Shown: piece by piece, positions 1-12,572 of the stretch
Layout of the letters: every line of letters begins with the position of its first letter
Numbering within the stretch: position 1 is the first letter of the stretch
Assembly: GCF_000281045.1 (NCBI RefSeq)
Contig: NW_008246071.1
Coordinates: 190,542 to 247,697, forward strand
From: Saprolegnia diclina VS20
Taxonomy: Eukaryota
Direction of reading: 5' to 3'
DNA: 57,156 bases
Program-made: the position numbers and the translations under genes
Notes under the pieces: generated by a model
Databases searched by the model: none
Told to the model about the DNA's origin: nothing
Seen by the model: the letters and a program-made list of their open reading frames with translations, nothing else

Positions 1-228
1 GCATGATGAACCTAGCATGGCAGCTACCATGGTCGTCCTTGCCTCGTCCTATGTTTTATGAACCGCAGCAAAACGAATACATGGCTTCTTGGCGTATCTG
101 CATGTTTGCGGCCGAAGCAAGAAGAAAGCGATGTAGCTATCAAAGCGACCAAGTTTATACGTGTTTGTACCAGTTGTTATAAGCAGTCGTCGACTTACTG
201 AGCTGCTAGTCGTCGACTCGTACGGACG

Positions 229-1155
229 CTAGTAGGGCAGCACGGGCACTTCCTCACCAGGAAGCAAGATGTAGTGCGTCGGGTCCTTCCGCAAGGGGTA
301 ACCCTCGGGGAGCGTTTTCTCGATCTTGAGTCGCTTGGCCGACTTGGGCACGCCATCAAGGAGTCGCCGCTTCTCAAAGAACCGGTACGCGGCGCCATAC
401 ACAGCACTGCCGCTGCCCTCGCGCCGTCCTTTCTTCATGAGGAAGTTGCGCAGCGGCGTGATCGAAAAGCCCAAGTGCTTGGCGAAGTTCACTTGGCTGG
501 CCTCCTTTGCGAGGAAGAACTGCTGCAAGTGGTCTCGCACAACGTCGCAGTCGTCGTACACGGGCGCGTCATCGTCGAGCTCGACCGCGTCAATTTCCGC
601 CAGTCGATTCGAACCCTTCTTGGCACGGGGCGCTACGTCGGCCGTTGTATCCGCCTTGCGCTTGGCGCCAGCCTTCTTGGCCGCGGCCTTGGCGTCGGCC
701 TTGGCCTTCTTGTCCTTCTTTGCGAGGTCGTCAAAGAACGGGAGCGAATTCCAGTACGTCTGGTTGCCGCTGCCGCCGCTGACGCCCGTCTGCTTCATGA
801 AGCGCTGGTACGAGTTGGCGTTGGATCGAATTTCCTTGAGGAACGCGGTCTGCGTCAAAACCTTGGTCGCGAGGAACTGTTGGATCTTGAGCCGAATCGC
901 ATTGCACGACCAGCGCCGCGCCAACCGGTTCACGTACTCGTCCTCGTCTTCGCCTTCGCTCTCGTCGTTCGGCGTCGCAGCCGCTGCCATGAACGAGCGG
1001 CCCGCGCTGGCGGCCAGTGGTGCTGCTGTCGTCGACGAGGTCATGCCAGTCATTGGTATGGTATGGTCCAGAGTGGCATCCGGTGTGGCATCCGATTGGC
1101 CAAAAGTGTACGAAAACACGCATGCGATTGGTCCATTTTGGCCGGACGAGGTCAT
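229..1155 (-). CDS. Uncharacterised protein with two tandem ~60-aa helical (HTH-like) repeats joined by a Lys/Ala-rich linker
   Basis: Intronless 308-aa ORF. Repeats: SCNAIRLKIQQFLA..TQTAFLKEI..FMKQTG..GSGNQTY..FF and DCDVVRDHLQQFFL..SQVNFAKHL..FLMKKG..GSGSAVY..FF. The true start may be a downstream Met (~1046 or ~991), because CCAAT-like motifs lie at ~1093-1133. Confidence 0.75.
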   Translation of the reverse strand: MTSSGQNGPIACVFSYTFGQSDATPDATLDHTIPMTGMTSSTTAAPLAASAGRSFMAAAATPNDESEGEDEDEYVNRLARRWSCNAIRLKIQQFLATKVLTQTAFLKEIRSNANSYQRFMKQTGVSGGSGNQTYWNSLPFFDDLAKKDKKAKADAKAAAKKAGAKRKADTTADVAPRAKKGSNRLAEIDAVELDDDAPVYDDCDVVRDHLQQFFLAKEASQVNFAKHLGFSITPLRNFLMKKGRREGSGSAVYGAAYRFFEKRRLLDGVPKSAKRLKIEKTLPEGYPLRKDPTHYILLPGEEVPVLPY

Positions 1156-1449
1156 TCTTGAAGACGACCATCATGGCGACAAGGACCATCAAAGTCCTTG
1201 TCACCATCAACTGCTTTCGGGTTGCTGCGCGAGTAAGGGCTAGAGTTCACCATCACGCTATCTTCATTAGCAAGCGGCTTGCACTGCTGACCAATAAGAC
1301 AAAGGTGTTGGGCTTGTCAATATTGCTTTCATCTTGGCTTGAAATAACGCGCGAACCATCTTAGCCATCGGCCGGCATGTGTAGTACGAAGATATAGAGT
1401 CTATATTGGTTGATATACTTTAGAGCACCATGAATGGCTACGCACGTCC

Positions 1450-3628
1450 TTACCACGTCGTTAGCGACAACGGCTCGAACGCAGACGCGTCGCCGTCGAG
1501 GCCGTCGAGGGGCGGTGTCACCGGCATCAATGCGTCGCGCTGGTCGTCCTCCTTAGACTCCTTTGGCGCTTGGTCTTGCTGCTGCTTGGGCGTTTGGTTT
1601 GGGTTCCAAGAGTGCTCGCACGTGCAGTTGCCGCGGCCGCAACGGCGGCACCAGCTGCTCGACACGACGACAGGGCGAGGCGAATTCGCGGGCGTGCCTT
1701 CGTCCAGGGGCGGCATGTAGCCCGGATGCACAAGCGCTCGCGGCTGGATCGAGAGACTCGGCTTGTTGGGCGACGGCGCGGCCATCGACGGCAGCTGCGA
1801 GTTCACCGAGAGGAGCGTCGTGGCCTTCACACCGTTGCCGCCCGCAACGTTGTTGTGCGACCGGACGATGTGGGAACCCGCCCACGTCGCATCCTTGCGC
1901 GGCACAGTCGACGCCATTGTCGGGTTGAGCGGGCTCACCTTGAGTGTCGCGAGTGCGGGGCTGACGTCGGCGCTCGTCGCGCTTGGTGGCTCGGGCGCGG
2001 CCAGGACAGGGCTCTTTTGCGGCTCGAGAACGACCCAGCGATGGCCCACGGCCTCGTCGATCGAGAGGCGGAGGCACGGGTCCGGGTAGATGAGCTGTGC
2101 GATGAGCGACTTGGCGTCCTGCGTAAAGTGCGACGGGAAGAACCACTCGGGGAACTCGACCTCGTTCGCCGGGTCCTCGGCGTCGTCGTTGTACTTGGTC
2201 ACAAACGACCATTTCTTGAACTTTTCGTACCGAATGCACTTGAGAAGGTCCTTCCCAAAAGGCAAACTGCCCGCCAGCATCGCGTAGAGGATGATGCCGC
2301 TCGACCACGCGTCGGCCTTGGCGCCGTCATAGCCTTGGCCCGTGTCCTGCAGCACCTCGGGCGCGACGTAGTGCGGCGACCCGACCACGGACCGCAACCG
2401 GCGAATCGACTGGCCCGTGTTGCCATTTCTAGCCATCGCTATGAGATATTTTGCTTCGTAGAGAATGGGACCGCACCCAATGTCTTCTGCAATCGAGAAT
2501 ATCGCTGAGAGACCAAAGTCTGCGATCTTGAGCGTCGAGTTCTCTTCATTGTCGGCGAGAAGAAGGTTCTCGGGCTTGAGGTCGCGGTGGCACACGCCCG
2601 ACCCGTGGCAGAACGCGACGCCTGAGATGAGCTGCTTGAAGTAGAGCCGCGCCGTGGGCTCGTCCGTGCCGCAGTCGAGCTTGATGCGGTCAAAGAGCTC
2701 GCCGCCGGCCGCGAGCTCGAGCACGAGGAAGATCGTGCACTTGCTGTCTTGGTGCAGCTCGAGTGCTTCGTCCAGTCGGAGCACGTTGACGTGCGTCCCG
2801 AGACTCGACATGTTGGAAATCTCCCTACAGACGATGTATATAGGCAGATGAGACATGGGACGTGTGTACCGGTAGATGGAGCTGCGGCTGCGGGCGAACT
2901 TGACAAACTTCTTGGGCATCCTCGGAATCTGGAACACCTGGCCTTTCACATTCACTTCGCAGTAGCTCTCAACGTCTAGTAGGCGTGCTAAATGGAGAAC
3001 ATGAATTCGTGCTGGTACCGTTCGCAAACACGTCGGGCTCCTTGTCGTTGGCAGGAAACGCAAAGTCGATGCCCCAGACTTCGATGCAGCGCGGAAGCGT
3101 GAGCTCGCGGAACGCGCCGGACCGTGGGTCTTCGTAGGCCGCGATCGCTTGCTTGGACGACTGGTGCACGAGCCACCACACGTGCCTATAGAGGTCGTGA
3201 GCACTGCATCGCCCCGACGCCGCGTACTCGTTGCGCATCGGCTGCTGGCCTGTCGCAACCTCGGGTTCCATTTGGCGCCCTTTGATCGCGACGATGCAAC
3301 GTGAAAGCAGCGATGTAGGCATGAGCTTGTAGCCGATCGGGTTGAGGATCTTGATGGCCACATGCTGCACGGCCATGAGCTATCGCCACGCACCAAGATG
3401 TCGCACGCACCTTAGCGCTCTGTCGGCAGAGAGCCTCGTAGACGCTAGGAAGGGCCATGAGACGTCGCCGGTCATGCAAGGAGCGTCGTACACGCCGGCC
3501 GTGCCGCCACCAAGGTAGCCGCCGAGCTCGTAGCGCAGTTCGTTGCCGATAAATATGGACTGCCCATCGTAGCGGTCGACCTTGAGCGCTGTGAGCTTCC
3601 GCCGGCGATCGTTCGGGCGCGCCGCCAT
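1450..3628 (-). CDS. Ser/Thr protein kinase, CAMK group (SNF1/CIPK-like), multi-exon
   Basis: Spliced product contains LGGGTAGVVY, HVAIKIL, ELAAGGELFDRI, HRDLKPEN, DFGLS, GSPHYVAPE and DAWSSGIILY; several short GT-AG introns. Confidence 0.93.
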
Positions 3629-4382
3629 GCCCCGCTGCTCCGTTTCACGCAATCACCAACTGAAAACGACCCACGCCGACGCTTGCCTGCTATACATACC
3701 CACTGTCCGTTTCGAGCACCGTACGATTTAAGCGAATTCGAGCCCGCGCTCGCCTCCGATTGGTCCTCGGGTGTCCTATGAATTCGCTAGGCTAATCCAA
3801 CGCATTTAATCGCTCAAGTTGGCGTCGTGGCTGGACACGAGACATCAGTCGGGATCCTGCAAGCCTCGTCGTCGACATAATAGCAATGCAGGAAATGAGT
3901 TACATGGAACTCAATCTTTATGCGTGCACGATTCTCATCATTGGCAGTGCCATTGATGGCAATCTCGCGGAGGGAATAACGCTGCAATGCGATCACACGC
4001 CAAGTCAAGGTCCAATTCGAAAATTAAAGTTGCAGACCCACCTAGCAATGACAAGTATGGGCGGTTGTCGCCCTCTTCACGTAGTCAGCTTTGTAGCTGA
4101 AGAAGCAGCGATCGTTGAGGTTCAAGGGCTGGTGGCAAAGTTGCGTGCGATTAACACGTCTGCTTCAACTTGCTACAAGCCTCAAAAATTATCGGCCAAG
4201 TGACCAAGATCTTCCGGACGCATACGATTGGCTAAAATCCCGAGCTCGGATCCATGATTCCCGTTCCACTCACCTTGTGGTTTCAGCCAATCGCATCGCA
4301 GTGCGTATATTTAGCCCATTGCAATTGGACCGCTGATTCCTATCCGGATGCGCGGCCAGTCGCCCTTTCGTTCGCACGCAGC

Positions 4383-4945
4383 ATGGCGCACTTCCTCAAG
4401 CAGACGACGCTCGTGACGGCCGCTGGCGCCGCCAAGGAGCCCGTCGCCAAGACCCTCGCGCTCTACTTCGCCGTGCGCCCATGCGCTCAAGGTCACGCCG
4501 AAGCTCATGCCCATGTACATGTAGGCCGATTGGTGCCCCGACTGCCGCGACTTCCAGCCGACGCTCAACGAATTCTACCGCCAGGTGAACGCAACCTCGC
4601 ATGAGCTCGACATTGTGTTTGTCGGCTCGGACGCGACGGAGGCCGACCAGCTGGCGCACTTTCGCGAGAAGCAAGGCCCGTGGCTCATGATCCCGTTCGC
4701 CGACCCGCTGCGCGACGAACTCAAGCGCAAGGTACCGGTCCCTGTCTATGCTCTGCATGTATGAATGGAATCGAGCGTAGTATGGCGTGTGCGCTGGCAA
4801 GGAAAAGGAGGCTGTTGGTGTCACCGATCGCGTCGGCGGCATCCCGAGTCTCGTGGTCGTGTCGCCCACTGGCAACGTTGTCGACCTCCATGGCGCCGAC
4901 AAGGTCGCGGCCGACGGCGCCGCCGCCCTCCAAGCGTGGCTCTAA
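4383..4945 (+). CDS. Nucleoredoxin/tryparedoxin-like thioredoxin-fold protein (2 introns)
   Basis: Spliced sequence LALYFA-ADWCPDCRDFQPTL...IVFVGSD...PWLMIPF...GIPSLVVV; WCPDC active site. Confidence 0.92.
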
Positions 4946-4996
4946 GATGCTTTTTCTTAATGCCATCACGCTATGTGTCATTGCATTTATCTCGTG

Positions 4997-7686
4997 TTAT
5001 GACCCAACGTGGCGCAGCGGTCCAAAATCCCGTCCACTCATCTTCTTCTTTCGCCGGTGCTTGAGCACTTGGAGGTATGGGGCCGTCGCGCTCGCGGCCG
5101 TCGTCTTCTTACTGCGCACCACGATGCTCGGCAGCGTCACGTCCCTTCGGCCTTTCGGAGGCGTGTCGTCAAAGCGTGAGCTGCTCGCCGACGGTTTGAT
5201 CGCGACGCTCTTGTCGAGATGCTGCTGGAGCGTTGAAAACGTAAAGGACTGGTGGCGAGACGACTTGACTTCGTCCGTGGACGGGTGCACTTTGGCGTAA
5301 ATATCGGGCAGAAGCGGCGGCGGCTTGGGGTCGGTCCCCGGACGACCGACCGTGCACGGCGACGAAATGCGCTCCATCGAGAGACGCAGCGTGTCAAAGC
5401 CGTCGGTCAAAGTCGCGTCCTCGAGCGTATCGAGAATGCCGTAGCTCACTTCGTGCCCAATATCGTGCTTGTCGAGAATCGTTTGTTGTTTTTGTATGAT
5501 ATTGTCGCGGAGCTACTCTCGTATCAATATATATATATATATATAAATGTAAAAGACGTACCCGCAGTTGCAGCTTGAGCTTCTCGATCGTGAGGTCTTT
5601 GCCGCGCGAGAGCGTCTCCTGCACCGTGCGGGTTTGCTCGAGCTCCATGTTTTCCAGCTCGAGCTTCCCGATGCGGTATTCCATGAGGAGGAGTTCCCGC
5701 TTCTCGTCACTCGTAATGTTGTGCTCCAACGCTGCCCTAATGATGCGACCGCAAGATGTTTAGTCCCAGACTAGTTGCATCGAGCCAAACCGAAACTCGT
5801 CCGCCGCCTTCTCCGTGTGCCGCAGCTTGCGTGTGAGGTCGGCTTTTTCCTCCGAGAGGTCCTTGATGTCGTCTTGAAGCCGATGGATGTCGGTGCGCGC
5901 GCGGCCAATGACCTCTGACTCGTCGTCGTCGTGCTCCTTCTCTTCGCGCTGGCGCTCGTGCTCGGCCACGACCAGCTGATGCTGGCCAATCTCGATGCTT
6001 TTGGCGACGTTCTTATTTTCGAGCTCGAGCAGCTGCCGCCGAAGCTGCATGCGTTCGTGAAAGTACTTCATGATTTGGACGCGCGCCTAGCCGGACAATG
6101 AACATCTCGACATCTCGGCAATTCTACCTCGCGCATCGTCGACGTCATCGTGACGCCTTCCACGTCCTGGTTCTCCTTGCCCGACTTGCGCTTCAGGTCG
6201 TGGGCCGACGGCGACGGAATGCCTTGCTGCATGAGTTGCGTCTTGAGGTTCGTAATTTCTTGGCGGAGGTTGGCGATGAGCGACACATACTCGGAGATGT
6301 GGTGGTTGACGTTGAGCACGTTGCGCGTGACCGTCGTCTTGATGTTCTTGGCGCGGTTGGCGTACCTACGCGGCATGAGTCACCACCGTGCCGATATATC
6401 GTACTTGAGTGTATTGACTGTCTCTTCGAACGAGAGCACCGACATGCTAATGTTGGCGATCATCACCGTCCGGCAGTTGCCGCCCAGCGAATCTTTGAGC
6501 AGCCGCGTGAGCTTGCTGTCACGGTACGGCACGAACGCGCCGCGGTTGGCCTTTTCGCCAAGCGCGTTGATGCAGTTGCCGAGGGCGAGGAGCGACCGGT
6601 TGATGTTGGCGCCTTCCAAGAGGCGTAACCCGCTAGTCGATTCGCATGATAGTCAGTAGCGTACGCGGTCTGACACGAAGACGGTACCGGTTTTGGGTCA
6701 CGGCGGCGCGCTCGCTGCCGGCCAAGTCGATCATCGAGAGCTTCCCCGTCTAGAGACGGATGAGCATGCGTCGTGACGACGTCGTCAAAGTACCTTGAGC
6801 ACCGAGACAGTGTCCGGCGTCACCTCGGTTTGCTCGACCGACACTTGCAGCACGGCGTGGGATCGAGACGAAACCGCGTTGGCGGCCGTCGCCTCCTGCG
6901 ACCGGTTTTTGTTGCCACGTCGGAGGAGCCGCATGACCTCGTCGGCGTTGGAAGCGACGACCTCCGAGAGGTCGGCCACGATCGGGCCGCGCACGGGGTC
7001 TTCGCGCAAGTCCAAGTACGTGTCTTCTTCCGGGTCGGACCGCAGCAAGTCGCGAATGTTTTCGTTGTACACCTCAAGGAACGAGACCGTGACGCGGTAT
7101 GTCACCTAGCCACGAGTCAAGTCGCGAAGCACCGATGCTGTATCTACCAGCGCTGGTACGCGGGCGTGGGCCATCGCGATGTGCTCAAACAGGTCTTCGA
7201 GGGTCAAGCCCATGATGCCTGGCTCGTCCGGCGTGCCCAGCATCGTGTACGTCTAAGCAAATTGGAGTTGGAGCATTGGGCTGGAATACGTACCTTGCCG
7301 GCGCCCGTGCAGCCATAAGCAAAGACGGTCGCGTTGTAGCCCTGGAGGATGCCATGCACGAGGAACTTGGTCGTGTTGTTGTACACGGTGCGCTGGCCGT
7401 CGGACGGCGCAAAGACGTAGTCGAACGCATACCGCTTCTCGCGCGACCGGTGGCGCATCTTGCCGACCACGTCCTTTTGGTTGCCTGGGTCGAGCACGAC
7501 GACGACCTTGTTGCCAAGCACTTTGACGATCTCGCCGCGGTCGCGATCGTGCTTGAGCTGCGGGCGCAGCCGCACCGCGACGAGGACGTTGGCCTGGCCC
7601 GCCCACATGGCGCGCTTGAAGGCCTCGGTATCGTCGTCCGTCTCGGGCTGGTTCTCGGTCACGAAGGCTTCGCGGAGGCTGCCCAT
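4997..7686 (-). CDS. Kinesin-8 family motor (KIF18/KIF19-like), multi-exon
   Basis: [26 protein letters not shown] (P-loop split by an intron), [53 protein letters not shown]; coiled-coil tail. Confidence 0.93.
5526..5545. repeat. (AT)n microsatellite inside a kinesin intron
   Basis: ATATATAT... run read directly from the sequence. Confidence 0.85.
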
Positions 7687-7998
7687 GCTCGTCCTGCTTG
7701 GACGCAATTCCGCTGTCGGTTGGCCGCCGAAACCGACCCACAGAGCAAAGCGTTTTATGCGACACGCAAGAGATGTACCTGACGTTAAACTAGCGAGATA
7801 CCGGAGGTTAAACGCAAAGCCGCGCGTCAAAGCATCGTGCTGACGACGGAAGAGGACCAAGAAGACGCGACGTTGGTGCCACCGAGCTGGCAGCTTTTTT
7901 TGTTTTTTAATTCTTTAATACTCCCCATCTCTTTCAATGGTCTCCATCTTGGTCGTCCTAAACTCTACGCTCCTAACACTATCGAGGGGTCGGGGTCT

Positions 7999-9352
7999 CT
8001 ACTTGCAGTAGAGGTTGCGGTCGATCACGGGCGGGATCGGGCGGATCTCCGTGCCGAGCTCTTGCTCGATACGGTACAAGTTGAACCGGTCTTCGTACGT
8101 GATCATGTTGATGGCGAGACCGAGGTGGCCAAAGCGGCCCGAGCGGCCAATGCGGTGGAGATACGTCTCCGAGTTCTTGGGAAAGTCAAAGTTGATGACT
8201 ACGTTGACGGTCTGGATGTCGATACCGCGCGTAAAGAGGTCCGAGCACACGAGGTGGCGCGTCGCGCCGTTGCGGAACTCGTGGAAGACGCGGTTGCGGT
8301 GGGCCTGGTTCATCTTGGCGTGGATGTAAAAGCACGAGAAGCCGAGCTCCGTCACCTTCTTGGCGAGCAGCTCGACGCGGTTCACCGAGTTGCAAAAGAT
8401 GATACTCTGGTTGATGTCGAGCTTGGAGAAGAGCGTGTTGAGGCAGTGCACCTTCTGGCGCTCCTCGACAAAGGCGTAGAATTGCGAGACGCCCTTGAGC
8501 GTCAGCTCGTCCATCAAGTTGATCTCGTACGGGTTCTCAATGTACTTGTCCTTGAAGGCCTTGACGGTCACGGGGAACGTGGCCGAGAAGAGGCAGATTT
8601 GCCGCCCCGGCGCCGTGTGGTTCACGAGCTGTTCAAGAAGCGGCTGGAACTCGGGCGACAGGAGCTTGTCGGCCTCGTCCATGATCACGGTTGAGCACTT
8701 GCTCAGGTCCGCGACACCCTTGTTGGCCAGGTCCATAATGCGACCCGGGGTGCCGACCAAAATATGCACAGTATTATACAAGCGCATGATGTCGTCCTTG
8801 AGGCTCGTTCCGCCCGTGCTCACCTAAAGACGACGTGTCAAACACAGCAGCGAGCTATGGACGCGTACCATGCATTCGACGCCCATGTGCTTGCCGATCT
8901 CCTTGACGATGGCCGAGGTCTGAAGGGCCAATTCTCTTGTCGGGACGAGGATCATCACTTGGATGTACGGCTTGGATGTGTCCGTCTTCTCGAGGCACGG
9001 GATGATAAAGGCCGCGGTCTTGCCGGTCCCGTTCTTGGCGCGCGCCATGACGTTGCGCCCTGCGAGGATGATCGGGACGGCTTCTTCCTGGATCGGCGAC
9101 GGGCGCTCAAAGCCCTTCTCGAAGATGCCCATGAGGAGCTCGCGCTTGAGGAAGTAGTCCTCAAAGTCGTTGCCTACAAGCATGTTGCGCATATCCATCG
9201 ACTTGGCGTTGCGTACCCTTGACGTTGGTGACGTCCTCGGTCTGGTAGCGCGTGTCCTTCGTAGGGGCCTTGAGGCCCGTCTTCCAGTCGTCCTCATCGC
9301 CCATCGAGTGCTGGCTGGGCGTCGGCGCGGGGGGCGGAGGGTTGCTGCTCAT
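7999..9352 (-). CDS. DDX6: DEAD-box RNA helicase DDX6/Dhh1/Me31B
   Basis: [65 protein letters not shown]; 2 introns. Confidence 0.97.
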
Positions 9353-9733
9353 CGGTCGGGGCAAGTATATTGCGGGTTAGATACGACGACGGGGCTGGCC
9401 TTCGAACCTGTCAAATTCGATATTGAAAAGCTTCTGTGGTCTGGAAGGCTCTGGGCCCGTATCCGGCTCCGGCTTTTCTCCGGCCCGAAGATCCTGCCGT
9501 CAAATAGCGTGAAAACGAGAAAATAGTGTAGTAAAGTCGTGCGTGACGTTATCGATCTTGACACGAGCTCTAGACAGACGTGTCTGCTCTGCTGCTACCG
9601 TCGTCACGAAAGCACACCAAGACGTAACAATGCTAGTACGGGAGAAGGGCTAGTATGAGAGAAGGGCACGATTCTTCGAGTCGACAATTATGCTTTGGGT
9701 CGACGACTTGCAGGATGCGATGTTGGGAAGCAG

Positions 9734-10177
9734 CTACGAACTCGACATCGCTTGGATCTGGTCAAGGGTGCGCTGGAGATGCTTGATGGCCTCGCGCTGG
9801 ACGGTACTTTTGAACTCGAGCTCTACGATCCGGCGCACGTAGGCTTCTTCTCGCTTCTGGTACTGGTCGCGCTGCATCGTGACCTGGCTACAGTTGGCAG
9901 CCAGCGCCATGAGCTTCTTGGAATGCTCGCGCCGCAAGCGGGACTCGAGCGCCAGAACCGCCGCTTCATGCTCTGCTTTCAACTTGTCTTCAAGCACCGC
10001 AAGGTGCGCCTCGTACACAGCGCGCAAGGCTGCTAGCGCTTGCTCTTGGCTTGTGTGCGAGCGATGGTCACCGGTGGCCATCGACGCTGCTCGACCGCGT
10101 CCCACCGTCATTGGCTCGGCGGCAGGCTTGGCTTTCGAGGCGGCGTTCACTGACGGGTTCCAGCGCGGCTGTTGCAT
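9734..10177 (-). CDS. Hypothetical coiled-coil protein
   Basis: ORF with coding-like codon usage and an amphipathic heptad pattern (LAALRAVYEAHLAVLEDKLKAEHE...); no family recognised. Confidence 0.65.
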   Translation of the reverse strand: MQQPRWNPSVNAASKAKPAAEPMTVGRGRAASMATGDHRSHTSQEQALAALRAVYEAHLAVLEDKLKAEHEAAVLALESRLRREHSKKLMALAANCSQVTMQRDQYQKREEAYVRRIVELEFKSTVQREAIKHLQRTLDQIQAMSSS

Positions 10178-10338
10178 TGCGACTTTTTGGCTTATGAAAT
10201 AAGACGCCAGCGTGTCGAGAGAACCTTTCCCGTGTACAAAGGCGACGACGATCGCAGCCGCTCGATGCAAAGCGCTTTTCCCAAACCATTTCTTGGGCAA
10301 AATGGTTTATATTCGTTCGTGAGCGATGTACTACACGT

Positions 10339-11313
10339 CTAGAGTGTGAACGACCGAGTCATCCACGTGTGCGTAGCGAGCGCCAAGTCCTTCTCCACAA
10401 TGCAGCAGTCTTCGGCTGGGTTCGAGTCGAGCACCATGGCGATCATCGTGCGGGTGCAGTAGTCGACATGCGGCTCCTTGGTTTCGACAAACAAACTCGA
10501 GAGTTTGAACTCCATCTCGATCGTGTGCCCTACAACCAAAGTCTCGGCACAGATCGTCCAAACGAGCAGCGATACCGGTCTTTGGCAGCTCGTCTTCGTT
10601 CTGGATGCGCTGCGAGTTGGCCATGATGGGCAGCAACCGATGGCAAATCTCCATGGCCGGCCCCGACCGGTCGCAGGCGGCCATCGCTTCTTTGGCCTGG
10701 ACGACCTTGGGCCACGGCGCGCTGAACGGGCCGTTGGACATGCCGTAGATGACGTTTGGCTTGAGAAGCGAGCTTTCCGTAACGTACTCGCCGTGCACAA
10801 AGTTGCAGAGGTGGCCGAGCGACGCGCCGTCAAAGACAATCAAGTTGAATCCCGGGTACAAGTGGCCGGACGCCTCAAGCTCCTTGAGGTAGCTCGCCGT
10901 GCTCATCGTACCCTCCAAGAAGTCCTTGATCACATTCTATTTGCCATACCAGTATGAGAGTCGCAAGCATGACATCATCAAGCGTCCAACCCCGCGGCTA
11001 AGTTTGCCATGCACCGGCGGCATGTACCGGATGTTGGTGAGGAAGGCGGCGCGGACTATGGCATGCTCCTTGCGAATGCCCATCCAGGTGCCACCGCGAA
11101 TGAGGTCGCGCGCTAATGTAGTCCACGGATGATGGATGAGAAGGATCATGAAGGCGTACGGGCAAAGATGGTGCCATCGGGCGGCGCCCACCACGCGCAC
11201 GGCGCCGTGTCCCGCGTGAGCCACTCGTCGCGGTTGTGGAGCACGATGAGCCGCACGTGGCGCTGGCCGTCGTCGGTCTCGTACTCTTGGAGCTCAAAGA
11301 GCGCAGTGCACAT
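10339..11313 (-). CDS. TANGO2: TANGO2/NRDE family protein (Ntn-hydrolase-like), multi-exon
   Basis: Starts MCT; HNRDEW, GGTWMG, AFLTN, SRG, YPGFNLIV, YGMSN..PWPKV, YCTRT motifs. Confidence 0.9.
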
Positions 11314-11456
11314 GATGCGAAGGTGGTGTTGGAGCGCCGCCTGAAACGTACTTTCTATGGCTCGCACCTGGGCGCCAATAAGTAAAACGTAGACGTTAAA
11401 TTAAGTAAAACCCACGTTGTGGGTATAAATACGGCACGAAACGACACAACGACGCG

Positions 11457-12572
11457 TTAAAACGTGAGCGCGGGGTACGGGCTGCCACAAGGCGAGACGG
11501 CGACCACCGGCGCGTCGAACGAGCTCGGTGGCATCTCGTCAAAGTCCTTGGCGATGTTGTGGAGCCATTCCATCTCGGCCAGCGTCCACTGGTCCGCGCC
11601 GTCGTCCGTAAACGGCCACGACGAGTGCCACGAGCTTATGGTCGGCAGGAGCTGCATCGTGGTCTCGACCTTGACGCTCGGAAGACACTGCAGCTCGGTA
11701 TTGTGGTGCTTGGCGCCTTTCTTCTCGCACTGCGACCGAGCGAGCTCGAAGGCCGACGCCACGCCATTGCTGGAGGACTTGCGCTTCACGAGGTGGTACG
11801 AGCTCTTCTCGAGGTCGCGCGTAAAGAGTGCGTGCTTGAACGCAATGCCCTCGGACTTGAAGTTCGTCTTTGTGAGCTTGTGAAAGCCAAAGTAGTTGAG
11901 CTGACGCTGGAAGCTCGACATCTTGTTGTGCTTGAAGAAGCGCGGCAGCACTTGGCTCTGGAAGAGCAGCGTGTCGTCGATGATGAAGAAGAGACCCGAC
12001 ACGTCCCAGTAGATCATCGGGAGGTCGTGCGACCGCAGCATGAGGTCGAGCGACTTGATGAACGGGGCGGCCATCGACAGGCCGTCGCCCTGCCGCACGG
12101 ACATCGCAATGCCCTTCTTCAAGGCCTGCGACGAGGCTGCAGGCGACTTTTGAGGACTCGTTGACGGTGTCGGCAGCTGGCTTGCTGGGCTCGACAGCGT
12201 CAACGCACGAGGGTCCGACCAGCGAATGTCCATGGACGCTGCCCCGGTCACGTCCATCATGCCCATCTTCTTGGTGCGCTCTTGGAGGGCTTTGGTCATC
12301 GCGAGGTCGCTCGTTTCATGGCTCATGCTTGTGGTGGTCGCCCACTCGATGGCTTTTTGGCCCATCATGCATGTCATCGTCGGGGTGACGGCCTTCTCCC
12401 ATGGCATCATGGTCATGCGCGGGATCGTCGCCATGTCCTGCAGTGTGCTCTTGGAGGCAAAAGGGGAACTGCGAACCGAGCCCTGCTCAGGTCTCGCCAC
12501 CGTCCAATACAAACGTGCAGTCACGGCGGGTTGAAGTTGTCGCGCGGCTGAAAAAGATTCTTTTTCCGCCAA
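11457..12572 (-). CDS. HSF-type DNA-binding transcription factor
   Basis: APFIKSL..IYWDVSG..F.I..LPRFFKHNKMSSFQRQLNYFGFHK..FKHALF. Intronless; the real start is probably a downstream ATG (~12434). Confidence 0.9.
   Translation of the reverse strand: MAEKESFSAARQLQPAVTARLYWTVARPEQGSVRSSPFASKSTLQDMATIPRMTMMPWEKAVTPTMTCMMGQKAIEWATTTSMSHETSDLAMTKALQERTKKMGMMDVTGAASMDIRWSDPRALTLSSPASQLPTPSTSPQKSPAASSQALKKGIAMSVRQGDGLSMAAPFIKSLDLMLRSHDLPMIYWDVSGLFFIIDDTLLFQSQVLPRFFKHNKMSSFQRQLNYFGFHKLTKTNFKSEGIAFKHALFTRDLEKSSYHLVKRKSSSNGVASAFELARSQCEKKGAKHHNTELQCLPSVKVETTMQLLPTISSWHSSWPFTDDGADQWTLAEMEWLHNIAKDFDEMPPSSFDAPVVAVSPCGSPYPALTF

Noticed and set aside
4526..4545. Possible selenocysteine in the thioredoxin-fold active site
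   Set aside because: Both positions are TGC (WCPDC); there is no in-frame TGA.
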